From: Moniliella sp. 'wahieum'
Lineage: Eukaryota
NCBI GenBank assembly: GCA_003971905.1
Contig: RSEE01000026.1
Coordinates: 620,001-684,000 of the forward strand
Reading direction: 5' to 3'
DNA length: 64,000 bases
Below the pieces are notes generated by a model that saw nothing but the letters and a program-made list of their open reading frames with translations, ran no database searches and was not told the DNA's origin. Of the stretch, positions 12,384-25,649 are shown piece by piece. Made by a program: the position numbers and the translations under genes. The first letter of the stretch is position 1; every line of letters begins with the position of its first letter.

Positions 12384-14136
12384 TCAGCTCTCGTCCACCT
12401 CGTCTTCACCCGCCTGTTCGTCCTCGCTCTCTGGCTGGGCATCATCTTTTTCCTTGGGCACCGTGTCCGGCCTGCGGTACTCGCCCAGGCGGAGAATGGC
12501 AGCCTGGGGGATGATGCCCTTGGGGTTGAGGTACTCAAAGTCGGTGCCTTGGAACACGTCGATAAAGTTGAGCCACTTGCCAAACTCGTTTTCCTTTTGC
12601 TCGGTTTGGAAGATGTGGTCGTACACAAACCGCTTTTTAAATGCTTCCATCTCCGTCTCGTAGGCATCGAATTGGATCGTGTCCCGCACACCCGTGTCAA
12701 GTTGCTTGATCCGCTCTGCTTTTTCCTCCTCCGAAATGGGCTGGGCTTGAGCAGCACGCTTCTTTTTGGCAATTTGCTGGTTGCCGCTGGTGATGCGGCG
12801 GTTGTAGCCCTCAAAAGAGGGTGCTCGAGCAACAGACCAAGAGCAGGCGCTTTGGGCGTGTGGATCTTGGATGGACCAAAGGTCTCAAGGATAAACGAAG
12901 GAGGCACGTTCATCCGACAAACCAGCACAAGCACTCCGATCATCTTGCGAATCTGGTGCAGCATAAACGACTGACCATGCAGCTTGATGCTCACCCACTC
13001 GGTCCCATTGATCTCCATCGGATCGGACACAGTAAGCTTCTTCATAAACCGCTGGGAAGAGCGATCGGTAAAAGCCTTGTCAACAGTAAAGTTGTGGAAG
13101 TTGTGGCTGCCGGAGTATTGGGCGAACGTGGCCCGGATTCGGGCCAACTGCTCGGCCGGGAGACGCCATTTCTTCTTTTGCTCGGTATCCTCTGAAAAGG
13201 TGTGATCGGTACCTTGCGCTGCCCAGAAGGGGTGATCCAGCACGGCCTCCCACCCGGGTGCGCCCTCGGCCGCCTCGCCGCCTTCTTCACGCATCTTCTC
13301 GGCCATCTGGTACATATGACTCCCGGGCTTGGGGGGGACAAAGACATAGGTGGGCAGGAGATATTCGTACATGCGCGAGTCGCACGAGATGCGTGCATCA
13401 AACGAGTTCTGTACCCGTTTGATGGACCAAATCCGAATGTAGTCGGGCAGCCCTCGTTGGCGCGCTGCACTAGCTCGTGCTCGTCCTTAATCTCAGGACT
13501 CTCTACAATCAGCTTTAAGCTAAGCAGGTTCCCAGCCGCATGAACACCACGGTCAGTGCGCGCGCTGCGCTGCAAATTGACCTTGGTGGGATTAACACTG
13601 TTCAGCGCGCTGATAGCCCCCAACGCACAGAACCGATCAAACAAGTCCCCTTCAATCGTCTTGACACCGGGGTTGATCTGCAAGCCAGAGTAGCCCATGC
13701 CACAATAACCAAACTGCACCGCCACCTTGCGCTTGGGCAGGCGCGCCTCCTTGTCTCCATCCTCGCCTTCTTCGCCCTCAACGCGGCCACCGCGGTCGGT
13801 GCGGAAGTTGCGACCTTGGTTCTTGTCCTTGCGCGTGTCCTTTTTCTCCCCCTCGTCCGTGCGCCCATTGCCATCTCCATCTCCATCGCATCGCCATCGC
13901 CATCGCGATCCGAGGGACCACGGTCACGGCCACGGCCACGACCACGACCACGACCACGGCCCCGGCCATAGCGACTGTCCCTGCCACGGGACGACCGGGC
14001 CCGCTTGGCATCCCGCGGGCCCTCGGGCACGTCGGCAGGCGGAGGCGTCGCGCTTGGTGCCGGCCGACGAGGTCTCCGGGGGCGGCGGCACAGGCTCCGA
14101 GGGAGCGGATGTGGTGGGTGTCGCCGGGCTGTCCAT
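12384..14136 (-). CDS. PUS1: tRNA pseudouridine synthase, TruA family (frameshifted)
   Basis: VAVQFGYCGMGYSGLQINPGVKTIEG, catalytic RSARTDRGVHAAGN, YEYLLP, YSGSHNFHNFT, LHGQSFMLHQIRKMIG, PKAPALGLLLEHP, FEYLNPKGIIP. ATG at 14136 (MDSPATP). Confidence 0.92.
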
Positions 14137-14827
14137 GGCGGGTTGGGGTGGGTGGTGGGCGGGGGGCATCGGAGCGGACAGCGGTGCGAAAAAGCAGGCA
14201 GGTTGAAAAGCAAAATAAAATCAAAAACAAAATAAACCGCTCGGGATAAAATTTCTGTCCTGGCGAGGGCCAGCATTAAGCATTGGCCATTGCATCATGC
14301 ATCATGCATCATGCACCACCCTTACCTGTGATGGCAGCGCACTCTTGGCGTGTGATGTGTTGGTCACGCACATATCACGCGTCTTGGCAGCCCAAAATTG
14401 ACGCGACCAGCCGCCCAAATTGACTCAATGCCCCCTGGCCGTGGCGCGGAGGCTCCCGAGCGGCGCACCAGGCACGGCGCCTGTGCGGGCAGTAGGGTTG
14501 GGGGAGCCGCGGCGCCCATGTGGCCGCATGGGGCCAGTGGCGCTGGGGTCGGCGCGGAGGGCACGGCAGCGACAGCCAGCCACACTGCCCGCGTGCCCCT
14601 CTGCTCGCCGCAGAGCGCGGCGGCGCTGATGCGCTGATGCTTCTCGGCGTCGATCACCGCACGCCTACCGTCGGCTTATATAGCGCATCCCTCCCACGCG
14701 CCCTCAGTAGTGTACGCCCAGCAGCTCCATCCACGGCTACTCCACCACCCCTACCACCACCACCACTACCACCCAGCACCACTACCACCACCCCTCCTCT
14801 ATATTCGAACCCCCCGTCTTCCTGTGC

Positions 14828-16594
14828 ATGCGAATCGCGCAGCTAGCCCTCCTTGCTGGCGCTGGCGTGGCCGTCGCCACGGGCGCCGCCCAGCCGGCCC
14901 GTCGTCCGCATCGGCGGCGCCTGCGCCGCGCGCGTTCAAGCACCCTTGCCAGCAGCTCTTCCTCCATCACATCGGATTATAGTAGGGCCGCCGCATGGTG
15001 CGCCAACGCCAGGCGGCCCGTCCGGGTGACGCGTCGTCCAGCAGAAATGGTGCCGGCAGTGGAACGGGCAGCGGTACCGGCACTGGCACCGACACGGGCG
15101 GGTGCTCATCCTGGTTCGTCCACCACGCGCCCCACTCCTCTGGCGGCGGTGGTGGGGCAACACACGAATGGAGGAAGCACGGGCGAGCACAGCACGTCCA
15201 CTACCCCGCAGTCCAGTGATACTGCCACGAGCACCGGCAGTGGGTCCGGTTCGTCGGGCTCAGGAGAGACAACGTCCTCACCCCCCGACTAGCTCTGGCA
15301 CCAGCACCAGCCCACCGCCTCCTCTTCCTCCTTCTCCTCCTCGGTCAATACGGCATCGTTAGCATCCGCTCGCATGCCAGCCTCATCTCGGCCTCGGCCG
15401 CCTCGGCCCCTCGGCATCGTATGCCTCTGTTTCAGCGGCCTCTGCCTCTGCGGCATCGTATCGGCAGCGTCGGTCTTGTCAGCTTCGTTGGCATCGCAAG
15501 CTTCTGCTTCGCAGGCGTCCCAGTCGTCCGTGGCGGCGTCACTGGCGAGTGTATCGAGTGCCATGGCATCTATCTCTGACGCCTTTCTGCCGCCGTACTC
15601 TCTGCCTCGATCGCGTCGGTGGAGAGCTCCCTTTCGGCACCCGGTCGGCAGCTAGCGTATCTTCCGCTTCGGCCTCCTCGGCATTTTACAAGACGGCGCA
15701 AACCCAAGTGACTATCTTCTCCACTTCCTCTGCCGCTCCTACGGTGCCCCGCGCAAAAACGACGAACCATACGGGGCGATTGTCGGCGGTGCGGGGGGAG
15801 GTTCTGTGGGGGGTTGCTGCTTCTGGCGCGTTGCTGTGGATGTTTTGCACGCATCGCGATCGACAAGACCCAGCGGACATTCGTTGGCCTGAACTCAAGG
15901 GCGGCGAGCACGATTTATCCGGCGCAGCGTTGCAGCCCTTACCTGCTCGCCGTACTGGTGGCGCCGGTTCGACATGGGAGACGACTCGGACAATGAGTTG
16001 GAAGAGGAAGGCGAAGCGAATCAAGCGGCCTATGGTTCTTCCAGTGCAGCAGGAATGGGAGCGGCGACCGAAGGGGGCCGAACTGCTTCTGCTTCGTTTG
16101 GGATGAACAACCAGTACCAACAGTCCGTTCTTCCGACCCCTTTGCGGACCACACTGGACCTACAGGCATGAGTCCAGGAGATTACTATACCTCCCCCACG
16201 TTGGCGACCCCGTCAACTCATCTGCCCAGGAGCCGCACACCACTAGCAGTGCCTGTCGGGCAGTGGCTATGGGGCTGCCGGGGTGGGAGCAGAGATGGGA
16301 GGTGGGTGGCCCCAACGACGACGGTGTACGATCCAATGTACAACCAACCTGCCGCCGGGGATCCATCCTATGGTTCGTCAGCGGGTGGGTATGACCCGAC
16401 GGGGATGGCATATGCTCCTGCCTATCACCCCTCATGACCACAGCAGCAGCAGCAACCGCCTACGACGGATACCAAACTCACTTTATCAGCCGCAATTCTC
16501 CTCGGCCGATGGCCATACCTTCTCCGAGCCGTATGGGCGGGTTTCTTCGGTTACCCCTCCCAGTGGCATGGACCAGTATGGTCGGATGGGGTGA
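14828..16594 (+). CDS. Single-pass Ser/Thr-rich (mucin/Mid2-like) membrane protein (frameshifted)
   Basis: Signal peptide MRIAQLALLAGAGVAVA, long Ser/Thr/Ala-rich tract, hydrophobic VLWGVAASGALLWMF, juxtamembrane IRWPEL...LQPLPARRTGGAG motif, Tyr-rich tail. Confidence 0.65.
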
Positions 16595-17874
16595 TTCTTG
16601 GTCGTCCTCCCGTTCGCTCTCTTGCGTATCTCGATCATCGGCCCTTTGGCTAAATTTCTTTTACTATTCTCTTCCTGCCCTCTGGATGACATGCAGGCAT
16701 ATCATCGTTTTGCGAATGTGCTGTAACCATGGTGAAATCCTCGCTGCACATTGTGTGGACATTGGGTTCTGCATTTCACGAGGAAAGGGAGGGCGGCTTC
16801 TCCGATACTCGATACCTCCTCTCCTCTCTCTCCCCCACTGCACACCCTCTCATCCCAACAAAAGCTGTGGTGTTATCTATGACGCAGGGTGTGTGAGCAG
16901 TGAGCAGTGGCGAGTGGACTTGCTCGGTCTCGGTTACCCCCTATCTACCTCTCATCTTCCACCCACACTCCACCCCTTATACCAAGAACTTTCTTTCCCC
17001 CTTTTTCGACACCCCTCCGTTTCGTCGGGGATGCTGTGGCACGGCCTCACTCATTTTAACGATGCAAAACGATGAGAGCTTCCCCTCCCACAACATCCCC
17101 TTTAATTTCTTCTGCTATTATCTGTATTCCCCCCTTTTTGGTCTTCTACCTATACAGATACGACCTGATTTACGCTGGAATTACGTCTCTCTATTTGTTT
17201 GGTATGAACTAGCGAAGGAGCTGGCTATGTGCAGAAGAAGTAGAAAACAATAACTGTTGCGGTCGATATATAGCTGGGGGGGACTGCGGTTTTGTCGAGT
17301 AGACGTCCCTCCCTCCCAAAGTTTCAATCCCACTCCCAGTGCTCACGCAACTGAGGAGCGAATGAGCGCGCCTTCGAAAGCGCTCAATATTCAGCGACTG
17401 CATCGTCCGGTCAAACACACCTCCTCTTCGCATCTTGCCAACCCGGAAGCGCATGCTCTCGTCGACGCTCTGCTGACGGTGGCGGCGCTGCTGTGTGTAC
17501 GACCGAAATGGCGCTGCAGATGCGCTGCACCGGAACGGAACCGCCGGCGTTAGAAGCGAGTGGACGTGGATCGGATGGATACGCCGCCGCTCCACCCTGG
17601 GTTTCCACCGGCTTCTTGCAATTTCAGATGGCGGACACCAGCCAGCGCCACACGGGGGGAGACTAGCCCGGTGGGATGTGTGATGCATGATGCACCTTCG
17701 CTGGTCGCCGCCGTAGTTGGCTGCGGGCGGATCGAATCCAGGCTAGCGCTAGCCCAAGTCGAGGCGACTCTACTTGGGAACCACCTGGATTCATTCGCAC
17801 GGGGCCATGGCTCTGCTGCTGTTCGCTCGCCTTGGTGGGCGCTGGTAGTCGCCGAACACACAACCCAGTCTAGC

Positions 17875-17880
17875 TATAAA
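17875..17880 (+). promoter_or_regulatory. TATA box upstream of pirin gene
   Basis: TATAAA ~97 nt upstream of ATG 17972, followed by a pyrimidine-rich leader. Confidence 0.5.
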
Positions 17881-17971
17881 TACCCCCCTTTGCACTTGCC
17901 ACCCCGCTTTCTCTCCCATCCCGTCACCCGCCACTCCGTTCTCACACACTTATACATCCCCGTCCCTCGCC

Positions 17972-19001
17972 ATGTCGACTATTGTGGAACCCTCTGCTAC
18001 TGTGGCTACCTCAACCAAAGCCACCAGCCTCCCTCTGGCCCAGCGGGCCAAGGTGGTCGCACGTCGGTGGAACGAGCGTGGCCACGCCGATCACGATTGG
18101 CTCAAGACGTTCCACACGTTCAGCTTTGCGTTCTACTTTGATCCTAGGTACGTCCTTGTCTCCCGCTTGACTGCGCTATCTGTGCGGGTTGCGTCCATGC
18201 TGGCTTGCTGACATTGTTATTGGGTTTTGCGCAGCTTTATGGGATTTTCCAACCTTCGAGTAATCAACGAAGACCGGGTGGCGCCGACGCAGGGCTTTGG
18301 TACCCACCCGCACCGTGAAGCCGAGATTTTCTCCTACGTTATCTCGGGCGAGCTGACGCACAAGGACTCGATGGGCAATGTGGAGGTACTGACGCCGGGA
18401 AGCTTGCAGTTTACCTCGGCTGGCACGGGCATTCGGCACAGCGAGTACAACCGGCATCCTACCAAAGAATGTCACTTTCCAGATCTGGTACACACCCGAC
18501 CAAGCGCGCCTGCCACCGACGTACTACACCAAGTACACCTCATCCGAAGAGAAACGCGACCGGTTGGTCACGCTCATCCGGCCCTACTCGACCTTCTCCC
18601 GGGACGAACAAAGCGTAACGGGGCTCTTACCGCCCGGCCGTGCCATTCCGGCCCACTCGTCGCTCGTCACCCGCGCCACCATCCTCACCCCTGGCCGCAC
18701 GGTGGACCATGTGATTGGGCTGGACACGGACCAGGCCAGTGACCAAGGGACGGAACGATGGCTGTACGTTCATGTGGCGCAAACGTCCGGGTACCAGGAC
18801 CCGGACTTGCCAGCGTCGCAGGTCCAGGTTCCCAAGCAGGCTGGGCTGGTGATCAAGACGGCGACGGGGACCACGACGCTACGGGAAGGCGATGGCGCGT
18901 TCATCAAGGGCACACGGGTTGGCGAGTGCATTGGCTTGGAGAGCGTGGGCGACAAGGATGCCGAGGTGATCTTGTTTGACCTGGCGGCACGTGACGAGTG
19001 A
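17972..19001 (+). CDS. Pirin-family cupin (YhhW-like); intron 18148-18234
   Basis: [76 protein letters not shown]-terminal LREGDGAFI...[14 protein letters not shown]...GCTGAC...CAG intron restores the frame. Confidence 0.92.
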
Positions 19002-20165
19002 GTACCGAGTATCGAGTAGTTGAGTGCAGTCCGAAATCCTTGCTACCCTCTCCCCTTGCGCGGCACACCGCATGGCCATCATGTGCTGCAACCATATCTG
19101 TGGCGCAGGACAGGGACTGACGTTGTGCTTGGTTTGGCCCGTGTAGCTCACGCCTGTAATCTTGTCTTTTCCGTTGTGGCGCAGCGAACGCACGTCTCGA
19201 GCAGAGGTTGGTGGCGTGGTGGGCTGGGCGGTGACACTGCTCCGGTTGGTTCTGGTGGTTGGGCTGCTGCGCTGGGTCTGGTCCAAGCTGTAACATTTTT
19301 CTGTACACTATTATACACTACACTACACTGCACTGCACTGTATTGCCCAACCCTCTGTTGTGCTGTGCACCACAACAAGGCAAAGCAACTTGAATAGAAA
19401 TAGCGATGCTTGCACCTAGTAAAGACGGCCATCTATAGCGGTGGGAACAGCCATCGGCACAGGATATAAAAACGGCTATTAGCAGCGTGCGAGTGAGGTC
19501 CACTCACTCCCCACGGAGCCCCACACGTCGGCAGACGAAGGGCGACAAAGGCCAGGCAGCCGGATGAAATTTCAATGGTCAGTGCAATTTGCAATCCGTC
19601 GCCAGCTGCGGAAGGGGGCTGCGGGCGGAAAGGGGCGCTGGGCGGAACGAGGTGGGGCAGGTGGGGCAGGGGTAGGGTTACGCTGTGCTGGCCCGGGCAA
19701 CCCTAGCACCTTGAGGGAAGGGGCCGAGGGGCGAGAGCAGATCGCAGAGCAGACAGGAGGAGACGAGAGCCGAGAAGAGTGGGCCGAGTACGCACGCGAG
19801 GGGCGTCCGGTGGCGATGGCGTGTGCGCGAGCAGCCTGAAACAGAAGGCGGGATGGGCCGCCCGAGGAGAGAAGAAGAGAAGAGACGCTTTCAATTGGCT
19901 CGACAGCCGACGAGCGACGGACAAGACAACGCAATGGATGATCAGTCACCCACTGCTCATCTCATCGTGCGAGGCTCATTTTGTTCTTCGGCGCGCACGC
20001 TTTGTCCTGTGGGTTGGCCAAGTCTAGTCTTGTCCTTGTCCTTGTTCTTGTGCTTGTCTTGTCCTTGCCATTGCCATCGCCATTGCCATCGCCATCCCCA
20101 CCGCCATCCCCACCGCCATCCCCACCGCCATCCCCATCCCCACCCCATCCCTCCCCCTCACCACC

Positions 20166-22320
20166 ATGGGCGATCGTGAGCTCAACTCCTCCGCATCCGT
20201 CGATGCGTCGGGCTCGGTGCCCGACTCGTCATCGTCCGCCATGCCCCCGCGCGGCCGGGCGCGCCGTTCGCATCATCCAGCGCGACCCATCTGCTTCCAC
20301 CTCCCTCTCCGCCACGCCTTCCTCCACTGTCCCCACCACCGCCAGCAGCAGCCGTACCAGCAGTCGTCGCAACAGTTCCAGCAGCAGTCCTCGGACCGAC
20401 CTGCTTCCGAGCGCACCGAGCGCCGACCAAGAACGTTCCAAGAGCGTGAGGCCGAGTACCAAGCCGCGCGTGCACGCATCTTTGGTGCTGATCCACCCTC
20501 GGCCCCAGCGCCAGCCGGGACAAGCACCGCCTCGACCCCTACGCTGGCCCTGCCTGCCACGGGGGACACTGCGTCTCCTCCTCCTTCCACGTCTACTTCC
20601 ACTTCCACCCCCATTTCCGCCTGCACATCCACATCCACATCCACATCCACCTCTTCACCCCTCCGGCCCTCTCTGGCCCATCTACCCCCTCGGCCTCCCA
20701 CCACGCCCAGCGATGGGAACCGCGGCGGTCACGACGACGTCCTGTCGACCGGTCTCTGCCCCAGCACCTTGGGCCGCCCTCGCACCCGCACCCGCACCCG
20801 CACCCACATCAACACCGGAACCCGCACCACACACCAACACCGCGCCGCACGCGCATCTCACCTACTCGCCTCACCCGCCCCACGCCATCTGCGCTAGCCT
20901 ATGGTCCGTACCGCCCTCAAGGCGCACAACCCATGATGTACTGGCGGGCCGAGATGAGTTATTCGCCAGTGGCGGTGAGCAGCAGCGGGAGGATGGAGTC
21001 CGCCGTTGGCAGCAGGACAGGGGGGAGGTATGTACCCCCCCCTGGCCTACCCGCGCGTACTACTACGCCGGTGCGCCGTACGCGTACCCACTACCTGCGG
21101 GCTCAGGCGCCGGCGTCGGTGCCGCTGCAGGCTACAGTATGGGAAGTACGCTGCCCCCTGCGACGCTGGGCGCCACCGCGGCGGCGGGCGGCGCGTACGC
21201 CCTTCCGGCCCAGATGGCCCAGATGCACCTTTCCCCCCCGCCCGGAGGGGAGGAAAGGGAAAGCGGTGCGAGCCGTACGGGTACCTCTCCCTCCCCTTAC
21301 TCGGCTGGGCCAAGCAGTGCCCAATGGGCCCGCTCCAGTTTCGAGTTCAGCTTCTGCTTCGGCTTCGGCTTCCACTTCGCCCACGGCCTCGACCTCGCCC
21401 TCGCCTTCGGCACCTGGCTGAGGAACTGGACCCAGCTACCACGACGTGTCGCAGCGCGTGGGTATGGACCATGCCCACGCCGCTACTGGTGCTGTGTTGC
21501 GCCCAGCCCGCGGCCTACACGATCCTGCTGCTCCATTGGCGCTCCCTCTGCCTGGACCTGGGCCTGGACTGGACCTGGACCTGGACCTGGACCTGGACCT
21601 GGGACTGGAGCTGGGGCTGGGACTGGTCCTACATCGGCGCTAGCCTACCCCCCACCGGGTACCCCCACGTGGCCCCCGCATACCCTTCCCCGTTGGCGCG
21701 TTCGGAGCGGCCGCCCGCGCCTGTACCAGCGCAAGCCCCTGCGCCCCGCGCGCGACTGCGTCGAAGACCGCTTGCGACGACCGGGAGGGGCGGGGCGAGC
21801 AGCCCGGCGCAGTGGGGGATCGGCAGATACCGATCGTGGGCCAGAGGGCGAGACAGGCTCGGAGCGCGAGTCGGGTCTCGGCGGTCGACCTGCTCGCGCC
21901 GCCCCTGGAACTACCCACTGGTCTGTACTGGTATGGTATGGTATATCTGGTACTGGTACTGGTACTGGTACTGGTACTGGTACTGGTACTGGTACTGGTG
22001 TACTGGTACGGCCAGCGCGTCGCGCCGCGCATGCTCGGCCTCGCTTCTCTCCCCGCTCGACGGACTGGTCATGGCAGCCAAGCCAGTACATGTTCCGCCT
22101 CGGGATCGGGTCAGGCGCGGGCTCAGGATCAGGATCAGGATCAGGATCAGGATCAGGTCTGGGGCGGTCGCGACCGGACTCAAGCTCTGCCTCGCCTATG
22201 CTCCCTCCTGCTGCGCCTGCGCCCTGGTACAGCTCCTTGCGCGCCCTGCGCCGAGCGACGCGCCGATCGCGCCGGTTGTGGCGCCTCGGACGTGACGCGA
22301 TATATGGTATGCGCAGCGGT
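20166..22320 (+). CDS. SUZ-domain low-complexity protein (frameshifted; end uncertain)
   Basis: VRIIQRDPS and RTFQEREAEYQAARARIFG are SUZ-domain signatures. The remainder is Pro/Gly/Ser/Tyr-rich with dipeptide microsatellites. Confidence 0.6.
21949..21999. repeat. (GGTACT)n hexanucleotide microsatellite
   Basis: About 8 tandem GGTACT units. Related (GGACCT)n near 21570-21600 and (GGATCA)n near 22125-22155. Confidence 0.9.
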
Positions 22321-22393
22321 TGAGGATGCACGCGGGCGGGGTACGTCAGGGTCGGATCGGTTTGGATCTCGGCTCTGGCGTGGGACTTGGGCC

Positions 22394-22470
22394 TTGGGAG
22401 TTGGGAGTTGGGCCGTTGTGGGGTGGGGGGTTGGGAGTTGGGAGTTGGGAGTTGGGGGTTGGGGGTTGGG
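22394..22470 (+). repeat. G-rich heptamer repeat (TTGGGAG/TTGGGGG)n
   Basis: ttgggagttgggagttggg...gggggttgggagttgggagttgggagttgggggttgggggttggg. Confidence 0.8.
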
Positions 22471-23479
22471 ACGAAAAAGTGCTAGGACCTAGGCGTAACA
22501 ACGCTCCTCCCCACCCTCCGCGCCGCGTGTGCCTGTGCCTCCTGCTGCGCGGAGGTGCGCTGGGTCCGGGTCCGGCGCAGACTCCAACGCGAGCTCAGCT
22601 TGACACACAGAAAAACCAAAACGCAAAACGGACCCAGTAAGGCATTGAACCCAGGGCCCCTCTCCCCGCTTCGCTCCCCTCCCCTTCCAGTTTCGCTGGG
22701 ATGCCAGTCCCCAACCCATCCCATCTCAATCCACTCCCACTCCACTCCCACTCCCACTCCCATCTCAATCTCAACTCCATCTCAACCCAATCCAATTGGC
22801 TATTTGCAATCTACCTGTCCCCCCCCCCCGCCTGCCCACAGTACTGCATGCCTTATTCGAGCGGGGAAAGCGGCGGGTGCGAATCTTCCTGCCTGGGTAT
22901 GGATCGGAGATGGAATGGAAATAGGCACGCATTGCATGGTAGGATCGCGCCGATGCCCCACAGCCTGACTGAGTACTGACGTCCGGCCTGCCGGTGGGCA
23001 AGCCACGCCAAGGAATGAACGAAAATGAAAGAACGCTAGAACACTAGAACACTAGAAAAAGGGACAGTGGGTGCGTGGAAACGAATGGAACGAATGGAAC
23101 GAATGGGAATTATTTGCCTTTGTGAGTACGGCACTAGCCGCCTTGACCATGAGAAGAGACCGGGGGAGATGGGCGGGGGGGGGGAACAGCATAGCATAGA
23201 GCATAGTGGCGGCAAGGGATAGGACAGGACAGGACAGGACGGGGACGGGGACGGGACGGGACAGGATAGGCGCAGGAGAAGCGCACAAGATGGTCCCAGG
23301 TACGAGACAGGACGCAAGAGGAAGAGGGACATGCAGACACCGTCTTGTCTCCATCCTACCCTTGCCGCGCGGGGGGGAAGAGGGGAAAGAGAGCTAGGGG
23401 AGAGAGGGTACGAGTACGGTACGGGTACGGGTGAAGCACGTGAGCCAATGTGCGTGGGGGGGGAGAGGGGGGGCGTTTT

Positions 23480-25328
23480 TCACAAGCGGCGGAACTCCAG
23501 TACTGCCGAATGGCGTCGTCCAAATCTTTGGTGGTCGACCGTCTCTTGGGGCAAGCCCATGGAGCGCATAAACAGCACGCCCTGTTGCAATTCGGATTTT
23601 TGGCGTGCCTCGTCCCAGGCCAGTTCCTTGGCCATGATAGCCACCACGCGCGGCAAGGCTGCCGTGGCCGCGTCCACGTCGAGGAAGGAGAGGCGGGACC
23701 GCCGGGCCAAAAAGTCAGTGGCTGTCTGGGCATACTCGTTGCGGCACGCATATGCCACCTCGGCTTCGGTCACGGGGAAGTGCGGGTCGAGGCGGGACCG
23801 TTGCGGGCCGATTTGCCATCGGCGCAGTTCGCCCGACGAGCGCGCCTGCAGGCAATCAGCCGAGGCTTGCTCCAGCAACGTAAATGCGCGATCGCCATAG
23901 TTTTGCGCTAGGTACCGCGCCACGTCGGTATCAATGTTGTAGCGTTGGATCAGGTTGACGTAGAGGGTAGGATGCCACAGGTGGCGCCGAGCAAGCGCGT
24001 GTTTTCAGTCGCGCACGGCGCGGCTTTGGACGCCAAGCCGTACTCGCTCACGGCCCGGTCGACCGTTTGCTGTGCCATTTCGCGGTACGTGGTCCACTTG
24101 CCCCCGGCAATCGTGAGCAAGCCCGAAGGGGAGACGTTGATCATATGGTTGCGCACCAGCGACTGGGTATCTGCCGCGTCTGGGTCCTTGACCAACGGTC
24201 GCAAGCCTTTCCATGCCGAACGCACATGCTCGCGCGACAACTCGTACTCGGGCGCAATGTACTTGCGCACCTCGCCCAAAATAAACCCGATCTCCTCCTC
24301 GCTCGGCACGGGGTTCTGTTCAATCGGGTCCGGGTGGTCGGTGGTACCGGCAATGGTTTGGCCCTGCCAGGGCAAAAAGAAGATCACGCGTCCATCGCTG
24401 GTACGTGCGTCGAGCAAGCCCCGACCACGCGGACTAAAGTAGTCCGGCAGGGTAATGTGTACCCCGGAAGCGGGCTGCACAATCTCTGCTGTCGATGGTG
24501 CGTCCAGTTGGCGGATCGCGTCGGAAAACGGTCCGGTGGCATTGATCACGCCCTTGCACTTGATGTCCCATTCCTCGCCGGTAAACCGGTCGCGCACGCG
24601 CACGCCACGCACTTGGTCCTCTTCTTTGCCCGGTACAGCGGTCTTGTGCACGGCAACCACCTCGGTGTGGTTGGCGGCGACCGCACCATGGTGGATCGCC
24701 GTCAGCGCAATCATCACGTTCATCCGCGCATCGTTTTGCTGGCCATCGTAGTACACCACCGAGCCTGTCAGGCCGTCGTCCTTGAGCAGCGGCCAGGCCT
24801 CGAGCGTCGCCTTGCGCGTCAACACATACGATCCCGACATGTTTTGCGAGCCGGCGAGCAGGTCGTACATCTTCATCCCGGCGAAAAAGTAGGGGATTTG
24901 CCACCAGGTGTACACGGGCAACATGATCGGCAGCGGATCCGACAGGTAAGGCGCAATCTTGAGGAAAATGCGACGCTCATGCAACGCTTCACGCACCATC
25001 TTGTACTGGTCATAGTCCAAGTTGAACACGGCCTTTTCCAAGTACCGCACGCCGCCGTGGACCAGCTTGGTCGACTTGGAGCTGGTGCCCGAGGCGAAAT
25101 CGTCGCGCTCTACCAGGGCGACTTTGAGACCGCGCGTGACTGCATCGAGCAAGACCCCGGTCCCGGTCGCGCCGCCACCAATGACCACCAGGTCGTACTC
25201 GTCCGACTCGTCGCCCGGGACAAACGTCTTGCCCTTCTTGAGCGCATCGAGCATCTCGGCCCGCGACGGCGCCCGCCAATCGATGGGCTGGCCGAACGGC
25301 ACAGAGTCGAGTCAGCAGGCAGGCAGAT

Positions 25329-25362
<34 letters not shown>

Positions 25363-25649
25363 CAAGCAGCAGAAAAAGAAAAAGAAAGAGAAAAGGAAGG
25401 GGAACAGGGACGTACGGCGGTCTCGTCATGGGGGCCCTCGCGGTCATGGGGGGCGGCAAAGACGACGGCGAGGGTGGCGGTGCCGACGGCAGCAAAGAGG
25501 AGTTTGTTGACGAGCGGGTTGCCTGCCTTGGGCTGGGGGGGGCGGGGCGGGGGCGAGGGCGCGGCCGAGGCGTAGGTGCGGGCGAGGGGCAGGCGCGGTG
25601 GGGCGCGGACGCGGGCGCGGGCAGCCTGGGAGAAGAGGCGGGAGGACAT
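23480..25649 (-). CDS. GUT2: Mitochondrial FAD-dependent glycerol-3-phosphate dehydrogenase; intron 25288-25415 (end approximate)
   Basis: Presequence MSSRLFSQAARAR; YDLVVIGGGATGTG, ERDDFASGTSSKSTKLVHGGVRYLEKA, YYDGQQNDARMN, INATGPFSD, LLTIAGGKWTTYREMA, DFLARRSRLSFLD. Confidence 0.95.

Noticed and set aside
19981..22323. 780-aa ORF as a single real protein
   Set aside because: It is held open by GC-rich low-complexity microsatellites, and part of the SUZ motif lies in another frame.
22394..22470. Interstitial telomeric repeat
   Set aside because: The unit is TTGGGAG/TTGGGGG, not the TTAGGG expected for smut-type telomeres, and the tract is short.
24067..25575. 502-aa plus-strand ORF
   Set aside because: Antisense to GUT2; a typical GC-rich codon-bias shadow ORF.
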